DNA of 64,000 nucleotides from Calditrichales bacterium (GTDB lineage: Bacteria > Calditrichota > Calditrichia > Calditrichales > J004), in NCBI GenBank assembly GCA_965267575.1, contig OZ254086.1, forward strand, positions 3,616,001-3,680,000, given 5' to 3'. Positions 57,832 through 64,000 of the stretch are shown piece by piece. The notes under the pieces were generated by a model. That model saw only the letters and a list, made by a program, of their open reading frames with translations, was not told the origin of the DNA and did no database searches. Position numbers and translations under genes: made by a program. The number at the start of each line of letters is the position of its first letter. Within the stretch, counting starts at the first letter, position 1.

Positions 57832-59826
57832 ATGTTAAAGTCTTTATTCTCAGGTGTAAGTGGTTTACGTAACCATCAGATGAAGATCGATGTTTTGGGT
57901 AATAATATCGCCAACGTAAACACGATCGGGTTTAAAGGAGGACGTATCATGTTCTCCGAAGCTTTAAATCAATCCATCAAGTCCGCCAACTCCGGTGTTA
58001 ATCCGATGCAGGTTGGTCTGGGCATGAACACATCATCCATAGAAAACATCTGGAGCCAGGGCGGTCTTGAAACGACCGGCGTGGCAACAGACCTGGCCAT
58101 TGAAGGTCGTGGTTTCTTTGTTGTTAAGAACGGCGATGCCCGCATGTTTACACGTGCCGGTAACTTCTTCTTTAACTCCAATGGCAAGCTGGTTAACCAC
58201 AAAGGCTTTGCCGTACAGGGCTGGACGCTTGATCCGAACAGTACGCAGCAGACTTTTGGTGGTCTGGGCCTTGGCAATACGGGTGATATCACAATTGACA
58301 CGAGCTATACCGCACCTGCAGTCTCTACGGAAAACGTTTGGTTGAGCGGTAATATAAACGCCGGTAACCGCACGGTTGCAGAAGTGTGGCAGTCGCCGGA
58401 GTCTTTTATCAATAAAGCGATCGTTACAGGTTCTGGTGCGCCTCCTGCGTTTCCGCTGACCATTAACGCCGGCGTAAACGACCAGTTTACGGTGACCATC
58501 CAGGATAACGCTACATCGCAGATACAGGCGGACCTTACATTAACGGCCGGCGCCTATGCGGATATGGACGCGCTGGTTGCCGAGCTCAACAGCCAGATTG
58601 CAGCGACATCCAATATCAGTACCAGGCTGGAAGCTGTTAACAATGGCGGAACGCTTGAATTCCATCAGGCAAACGGAAACGTAAACACAAGCATTACGAT
58701 GACTGAAGGCAACGGTGGTTTGGCTGCCCTGGGCTTTAACACAGGCGATACGGCTACCGCAGCACAGGCAGACGCGACCACGGAGCTTAACAACCTGCTT
58801 AATGTAACAAACGGACTGCAAGGTCTCGTTGCCGGAGATACCATTGAAATCAGCGGTACTAATCCCGATGGTTCGATTGTCACTTCGGTGTTTACGTACG
58901 GTACAGGCGTCGGTCAGGATGGTACCACTCTTGGTGATCTGGCTACGGTTCTGGAAAGCAGCTACAGCGGCGTAACCGTGTCCATAGACAGCGGTAACCT
59001 TGTTGTAACCGATAACGTGGCCGGTGAAAGCAGCACCACGATCAACCTGACCAACAGCACAACCAATACGGGTACGGTAACCTTCCCCGGCTTTACCAAC
59101 ACGGTACCGGGCCATACGGGCACGGCAACCACATCCGTAATCGTCTATGACTCGCTTGGCGGCAGCCATAACCTGGTTGTAGAATTCACAAATACCGGTA
59201 ACGCCAACGAGTGGATCTGGGCCGCCAGCACGACCAGCGGCGCAACCATCGCCAGTGGCGGAAGTGGACGCGTAACATTTGACGACAGCGGCCATATGAC
59301 TGCTTTTAGTTATAACGGTGGAGTAAGTCAGCTGACACTGAACCCCGGAAACGGCGCGGAGCAGCTTAATCTGCTTCTGCACGGCGAAGGAAGCGAAGAG
59401 TTCAGCGGTCTTACGCAATTCGACGCCGTATCCACACTGAGTGTACGCGACCAGGACGGCCGTGCTACCGGCACACTGACGGGTATCTCCATTGACCGTG
59501 ACGGTTTGATCACCGGTTCTTTCTCCAACGGTGAAGTAACGGCGATGGCAAAAGTGGCCCTGGCGCAATTCGCCAACGAGCTGGGACTCAGTGACGCGGG
59601 CGACGGTCTTTACGGAGCCAGTGCTACCTCCGGCGATCCGCAGATACTGAAGCCGGAAGATGATTTCAGCTCTTCCGTTGTTTCCGGCGCTCTGGAAATG
59701 TCTAACGTGGACCTGGCGAAAGAATTCACCGAAATGATTACGGCACAGCGTGGATTTCAGGCCAATGCCAAGGTGATTACTACAGCCGACACGATACTTG
59801 ACGAATTAATCAGACTGAAGAGGTAA
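57832..59826 (+). CDS. flgE: Flagellar hook protein (long form)
   Basis: SLFSGVSGL, GNNIANVNTIGFK, DLAIEGRGFF, VYDSLG and LEMSNVDLAKEFTEMITAQRGFQAN; AAGGAGG RBS supports ATG 57832. Confidence 0.96.
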   Translation: MLKSLFSGVSGLRNHQMKIDVLGNNIANVNTIGFKGGRIMFSEALNQSIKSANSGVNPMQVGLGMNTSSIENIWSQGGLETTGVATDLAIEGRGFFVVKNGDARMFTRAGNFFFNSNGKLVNHKGFAVQGWTLDPNSTQQTFGGLGLGNTGDITIDTSYTAPAVSTENVWLSGNINAGNRTVAEVWQSPESFINKAIVTGSGAPPAFPLTINAGVNDQFTVTIQDNATSQIQADLTLTAGAYADMDALVAELNSQIAATSNISTRLEAVNNGGTLEFHQANGNVNTSITMTEGNGGLAALGFNTGDTATAAQADATTELNNLLNVTNGLQGLVAGDTIEISGTNPDGSIVTSVFTYGTGVGQDGTTLGDLATVLESSYSGVTVSIDSGNLVVTDNVAGESSTTINLTNSTTNTGTVTFPGFTNTVPGHTGTATTSVIVYDSLGGSHNLVVEFTNTGNANEWIWAASTTSGATIASGGSGRVTFDDSGHMTAFSYNGGVSQLTLNPGNGAEQLNLLLHGEGSEEFSGLTQFDAVSTLSVRDQDGRATGTLTGISIDRDGLITGSFSNGEVTAMAKVALAQFANELGLSDAGDGLYGASATSGDPQILKPEDDFSSSVVSGALEMSNVDLAKEFTEMITAQRGFQANAKVITTADTILDELIRLKR

Positions 59827-59836
59827 TAAATAACCC

Positions 59837-59866
59837 AGACCGGAGCGCCTAGGCGCTCCGGTCTTT
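59837..59866 (+). terminator. Terminator or mRNA-stabilising hairpin after flgE
   Basis: Perfect 28-bp palindrome AGACCGGAGCGCCT-AGGCGCTCCGGTCT with a short T tail. Confidence 0.75.
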
Positions 59867-59894
59867 ATAATGTTAAAGCGGAGTATTTGAAGAC

Positions 59895-60674
59895 GTGGAA
59901 CTGGGAACAATAATCGGGTTAATAAGTGGCGTGATTCTCATATTTACCACCATTTTTTTGGGCGGTGAAATCTCGTCGTTTATAAATATACCCTCGTTTC
60001 TGGTTGTAATTGGTGGTGCTGTTGCGGCAACTTTTGTGGCCTTTACATTCAGCGAAGTGTTAGGCGTTGTCAATGTTGTAAAAAATGCTTTTTTCGGCCC
60101 CAAGCTAGATTATATACAGGTAATTGAAACGGTAGTGGAGCTGGCCAAAAAAGCCCGCCGCGAAGGACTTCTGGCCGTTGATAAAGAAGTAAATAAAATC
60201 GATAACGAATATTTGCGCAATGGAATGGAAATGGTGGTGGACGGTACGGAGCCGGAACTTATACGCAAGGTAATGGAAACTGAATTGAGCTATTTACAGG
60301 ACAGGCACCTTAAAGGGCAGCAGCTTTTTAACACACTGGGTATGTACGCCCCGGCTTTTGGTATGATCGGTACGCTGATCGGTTTGATCGCCATGCTGCA
60401 AAACCTGGATAATCCGGCGGCCATCGGCCCGGGTATGGCCGTTGCGCTTATTACCACCTTTTACGGCGCTTTGGCGGCAAACCTGGTATTTCTGCCGCTG
60501 GCCACAAAACTGCAAATTCAGTCCAACAACGAAGTTCTGGAAAAAGAAATGATCATTGAAGGTGTTCTGGCGATTCAGTTCGGCGAACATCCTAACACGA
60601 TCAGCCGCAAACTGCTCAACTTCCTGCCGCCCAAGATGCGCGATCAGTTTAACGGAAACGAACCTCCCAAGTAG
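59895..60674 (+). CDS. motA: Flagellar stator A subunit (PomA/MotP-like)
   Basis: ARREGLLA, APAFGMIGTLIGL and MAVALITTFYG. Confidence 0.95.
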   Translation: MELGTIIGLISGVILIFTTIFLGGEISSFINIPSFLVVIGGAVAATFVAFTFSEVLGVVNVVKNAFFGPKLDYIQVIETVVELAKKARREGLLAVDKEVNKIDNEYLRNGMEMVVDGTEPELIRKVMETELSYLQDRHLKGQQLFNTLGMYAPAFGMIGTLIGLIAMLQNLDNPAAIGPGMAVALITTFYGALAANLVFLPLATKLQIQSNNEVLEKEMIIEGVLAIQFGEHPNTISRKLLNFLPPKMRDQFNGNEPPK

Positions 60675-60679
60675 ATATC

Positions 60680-61378
60680 ATGGCAAAGAAAGAAAAAAAG
60701 AAACTTGAGGAACCGTCAGCACCGTTTTGGATGACAACATACGGTGACATGGTAACTTTGCTGATGGTGTTTTTTATCCTCATCCTTTCTTTTTCGGTCA
60801 TACAGCTGGAAAAATTCAAAGGGGCCATGAGTTCCATGAAAGGCGCGCTGGGCGTTATGCCTGAGATGTCCAGTACATACAAAAGAATAGACCCCAATCT
60901 TCAAGACGAGGAAAGCCGCATTCGCCAGGAAATGGTGAGCCGCATAAGCTCCATTGAAGAAGTGCTGCGGGCCATGAGCCTTTCCGAGTTTGTAGAGCTG
61001 GAAGCTAATCCCGAAGGCGTACTGATCCGCATGGGCGATAAGCTTCTGTTTGAGAGCGGAAAAGCGGAGATCATGCCCCGGGCACTGCCCGTACTGGACC
61101 AGATCATACAGACGTTCGATGGTACCTACAAAGCCATTTATGTGGAAGGGCACACGGATAACGTGCCCATAAGCAGCGCCAGGTATCCTTCCAACTGGGA
61201 GCTTTCGGCGGCGCGGGCGCTCAATGTTGTGCGCTATCTGAGCAAGAAAGGGCATATCCATCCTTCAAAACTCGCTGCCGTGGGTCATGGCGAACACCGC
61301 CCGTTGCTTCCCAATACCACACCGCAAAACCGTGCTAAAAACCGCCGTGTGGAAATTCTCCTGCGTATGGATGAATAA
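60680..61378 (+). CDS. motB: Flagellar stator B subunit (PomB/MotS-like)
   Basis: WMTTYGDMVTLLMVFFILILSFS; OmpA-like VEGHTD, NWELSAARA and NRRVEI. Confidence 0.95.
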   Translation: MAKKEKKKLEEPSAPFWMTTYGDMVTLLMVFFILILSFSVIQLEKFKGAMSSMKGALGVMPEMSSTYKRIDPNLQDEESRIRQEMVSRISSIEEVLRAMSLSEFVELEANPEGVLIRMGDKLLFESGKAEIMPRALPVLDQIIQTFDGTYKAIYVEGHTDNVPISSARYPSNWELSAARALNVVRYLSKKGHIHPSKLAAVGHGEHRPLLPNTTPQNRAKNRRVEILLRMDE

Positions 61379-61389
61379 AAAACCAATGC

Positions 61390-61428
61390 GGAAAAATTTT
61401 CCCCCGGCGGGTAAATCTTTTTCCTGAG
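61390..61428. promoter_or_regulatory. Putative sigma54 upstream activator sequence (copy 2)
   Basis: GGAAAAATTTTCCCCCGGCGGGTAAATCTTTTTCCTGAG; matches 46483-46521. Confidence 0.7.
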
Positions 61429-61546
61429 TTTGTATGCTTATCAGCCGCAAATAAATCCTGCCTTAAATCCTTTTATTCTCCTTAAGTCCAGTATTTTCAA
61501 TACTTAACACGCCACTTAATATCACCCTGCTTCATCTGTGCTACAG

Positions 61547-61563
61547 TTGGCACGCAAGTTGAC
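61547..61563 (+). promoter_or_regulatory. Sigma54 -24/-12 promoter of fliL-fliM-fliY/N
   Basis: TTGGCACGCAAGTTGAC (GA at -12); IHF-like TTTCAATACTTAA at 61495-61507. Confidence 0.8.
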
Positions 61564-61596
61564 ATAGTTGTGCTGAAAAGAACTATGAGGAATGAT

Positions 61597-62121
61597 ATGG
61601 CTGAAGAAAAAGAAGATGTAACGCAAGAAACGCCGGAAGAGCAGCCGGAGAAAAAATCCAAAAAGGGTTTATACGCCGCTCTTATTGGCGCTCAGCTTGT
61701 GATTGCTGCGGTTCTCGCCTGGTACTTCATATTTCCTGAATATCAGCAGCTTGCCGAAGCCAAGGCGCTTACGGAAGGTACGGAAGCGCAAGAAGCAGAA
61801 GAACACGAACCCCGTGAACTGGGACAGATCTACTCCATTCAAAATATTACCGTAAACCCAAAAGGCTCAGGAGGAACGCGCTTTGCCGTTTTTGAGCTGG
61901 CCCTGGAAGTTATGGAAGAGGGTGATCTGGAATCGATACAAAAATACGAAATGGTTTTGATGGACAATTACATCAACTATTTCCGGTCGCGCACGGTAAA
62001 TGAGCTGACCGACGAAACATTCACGGATTCGATGAAAGAGGACCTTAAGGTGCTCGCTAATGACATTTTGGGAAGAGACGCAGTGAGCCGGGTTTACTTT
62101 ACCCGCTTTGTCCTTGAATAA
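61597..62121 (+). CDS. fliL: Flagellar basal body-associated protein
   Basis: KKSKK + TM, ITVNPKGSGGTRF and VYFTRFVLE; GAGGA RBS supports ATG 61597. Confidence 0.92.
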   Translation: MAEEKEDVTQETPEEQPEKKSKKGLYAALIGAQLVIAAVLAWYFIFPEYQQLAEAKALTEGTEAQEAEEHEPRELGQIYSIQNITVNPKGSGGTRFAVFELALEVMEEGDLESIQKYEMVLMDNYINYFRSRTVNELTDETFTDSMKEDLKVLANDILGRDAVSRVYFTRFVLE

Positions 62122-62143
62122 ACAGGTAATCAGGTAGACACGT

Positions 62144-63124
62144 ATGGCTAAAATATTATCGCAAGACGAAATTGATGCGTTGTTATCGAATGTAGATGAC
62201 GGCGACGAGGAAGGGCTGGACCAACAGCAGAAGATCTCGCTCTACGACTTTAAGCATCCCAACCTGGTGTCCAAGGAGCAGATGCGTCTGCTGGAAAACA
62301 TCCATGAAGGGGTATGCCGTAATTTTGGCGTTTTCCTTTCCGCGCAATTGCGCATGATCGTGGAAATGAACCTTCTGGCGATTGACCAGATCATGTACTC
62401 TGAATTTGTTATGTCTATCGCGCCGCCCAGCAGCATATACGTTATGCACGTTCCGAAGCCCGAAGGTAACTTTGTTCTGGAAATCAATCCGCAACTCTCC
62501 ATTTTTATAGTAGAGCGACTGTTTGGCGGTCGTGGCGGCTTTGTCTCCAATGTGCGGCCGATTTCGGTTATCGAGCAAAAAATCATGCGCCGCGTAGTCG
62601 ATCGCATCGCTTACGAGATAAACCGTAACTGGCAGCAGGTGGCGCCGTTTAAGCCGGAAATAAGCCGCTTCGAAAGCAATCCCGAATTTGTGCAGATTGT
62701 ACCTTCGTCAGAACCGGTTGTTGTGGCCTCTATGGAGGTAAAAATACACGGCAACAGCACACTGATGAACATCTGCTACCCCTACATGATGATCTCGAAT
62801 ATCGTCTCCACGCCGGAAGTGCAGGAGAAAATTCTTTTTGGCGCCAAAGAGCCTTCCCGCGAAGAGACGGACCTGGTAAAGTTCAATCTTGTAAACACAC
62901 CTCTTGACCTTAAAGCCGTGCTCGGTACGGGACACATCACGGTAGATGATTTTGTCAACCTGACTGAGGGCGATGTCATCAAGCTGGAAACCCGTACCGA
63001 CGAGGCATTGCCCGTTTACGCAAATAATAAACACGTCTTCGATTCCATTGTAGGCGTTCACAAAAACCGATACGCGATACGTATCTTGTCCCAAGTATCA
63101 GAGGATAGAAAATATGGCGAATAA
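62144..63124 (+). CDS. fliM: Flagellar motor switch protein
   Basis: ILSQDEIDALL, YDFKHP, RLFGG and ESNPEF; C-terminal SpoA domain. Confidence 0.97.
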   Translation: MAKILSQDEIDALLSNVDDGDEEGLDQQQKISLYDFKHPNLVSKEQMRLLENIHEGVCRNFGVFLSAQLRMIVEMNLLAIDQIMYSEFVMSIAPPSSIYVMHVPKPEGNFVLEINPQLSIFIVERLFGGRGGFVSNVRPISVIEQKIMRRVVDRIAYEINRNWQQVAPFKPEISRFESNPEFVQIVPSSEPVVVASMEVKIHGNSTLMNICYPYMMISNIVSTPEVQEKILFGAKEPSREETDLVKFNLVNTPLDLKAVLGTGHITVDDFVNLTEGDVIKLETRTDEALPVYANNKHVFDSIVGVHKNRYAIRILSQVSEDRKYGE

Positions 63125-64000
63125 TCTTAAGTCCCGCATTGAGGGGCATGTTCAGGAAGTCGTCCCGGTTATAGCCAACACGTTGGGCCAAATTCTTAAC
63201 CGGGAATTTGAATTACACGCTGATTTCTCACCTGACAGTGATGTCACAAATATCATTAAAAACGAAGTTTACCCGCGCGTTGCCGTTTCGTTTACGTCCG
63301 GCAGCGATGAACGCGCCGTGCGCAACGTAATGCTGCTGGAGCCGGAATTTGTGCTCAAATTTTACGCCTGGATGCTGATGGATGATCCGGCGGATGAGCT
63401 TACCAGCGATCATTTTGATGGCCTAAGGGAAGGGCTGGAACAGCTTTTCGGCCAGATCAAAATGGCCGTGCCGGATGAGACGGGTGTTTTTGTCGTAAGC
63501 GATCTCGAGGTGGCCTACGCCGAGGATTTTGGTTCTATTGAGCCGCAAACCCCGGAAGGTGAAGGCGTGCTCGGCACACTTAGCCTTAGCAGCGACGGAG
63601 ATGCCTTCACCATCGCGCACTATTTCTGGCCGGAGCATCCCGAACAGTTTGCAGAAAAAGGAAGCAAGCCTAAAAGCAAAACGGAATCCGCACCGGTAAA
63701 TATCAGCAATGCCCAGTTCGGCGAGATCGATTATGCCGGCAGCACGCCGGGTGATCCGGGTAATGTAAGCATGCTACTCGATGTAGAGCTGGAAATACGG
63801 GTCGAGATTGACCGCAAGCGAATCCTGGTTTCGGACCTGCTCAAGTTGGGTAAGGGCTCGATTGTTGAGCTGGAAAAATCCGCAGGGGAGCCGTTGGATA
63901 TTTTTGTAAACGGCCGCAAGTTCGCTGAAGGCGAAGTTGTGGTTATTGATGATAAATTCGGTATCCGCATTACACAGCTGCTTAGTCCCAAAGACCGTAT
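63114..64000 (+). CDS. fliN: FliY/FliN-type switch protein (CheC-like N-terminus + FliN C-terminus), truncated by the window end
   Basis: Translated by hand from ATG 63114: MANNLKSR...LLDVELEIRVEIDRKRILVSDLLKLGKGSIVELEKSAGEPLDIFVNGRKFAEGEVVVIDDKFGIRIT; absent from the ORF track because it has no stop in the window. Confidence 0.9.
   Translation, partial: MANNLKSRIEGHVQEVVPVIANTLGQILNREFELHADFSPDSDVTNIIKNEVYPRVAVSFTSGSDERAVRNVMLLEPEFVLKFYAWMLMDDPADELTSDHFDGLREGLEQLFGQIKMAVPDETGVFVVSDLEVAYAEDFGSIEPQTPEGEGVLGTLSLSSDGDAFTIAHYFWPEHPEQFAEKGSKPKSKTESAPVNISNAQFGEIDYAGSTPGDPGNVSMLLDVELEIRVEIDRKRILVSDLLKLGKGSIVELEKSAGEPLDIFVNGRKFAEGEVVVIDDKFGIRITQLLSPKDR

Noticed and set aside
1..64000. CRISPR arrays, tRNA/rRNA genes, IS elements, prophage genes
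   Set aside because: No regularly spaced repeats, RNA-gene signatures, transposases or integrases seen by eye.

Overview
Bacterial window of moderate GC. The organism is probably a Gram-negative, marine or Na+-adapted member of the FCB-related lineages (Calditrichota/KSB1-like); this is inferred from gene style, not proven. 1-22 kb is a mixed housekeeping and accessory region. It holds copZ-copA, a very AT-rich single-gene island encoding an HD-domain + HSP90/GHKL protein (candidate defence gene), creatininase, ydeI-like, purK-purE, and sbtA with a deletion scar fusing a carbonic-anhydrase-like remnant to a LysR remnant. It continues with SRPBCC, a Ca/Na antiporter, a porin-proVWX betaine uptake operon, an RsbU-like phosphatase, a PAS hybrid kinase and an MltD-like transglycosylase. 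22-64 kb is one motility supercluster: fliC-fliS-fliD-flaG-(flgN/fliT-like)-flgM; a chemotaxis region (two FapA paralogs, dual-Hpt CheA, CheW, YfiR-like protein + CHASE8-like MCP, CheR/B/D, CheY, CheX-like, CheZ-like, many receivers, a sigma54 activator); and flgBC-fliEFGHIJ-motE-like-fliK-flgD-(flagellar operon protein)-flgE-motAB-fliLM-fliY/N, truncated at the window end. Best leads: (i) a structured RNA leader before flgE next to a small protein with an RNase-like motif; (ii) the HD-HSP90 island; (iii) a YfiR/CHASE8-type sensor wired into a chemoreceptor; (iv) two sigma54 promoters sharing a non-canonical -12 box and a 39-bp enhancer motif. All family calls come from motif recognition by eye; no database search was run.
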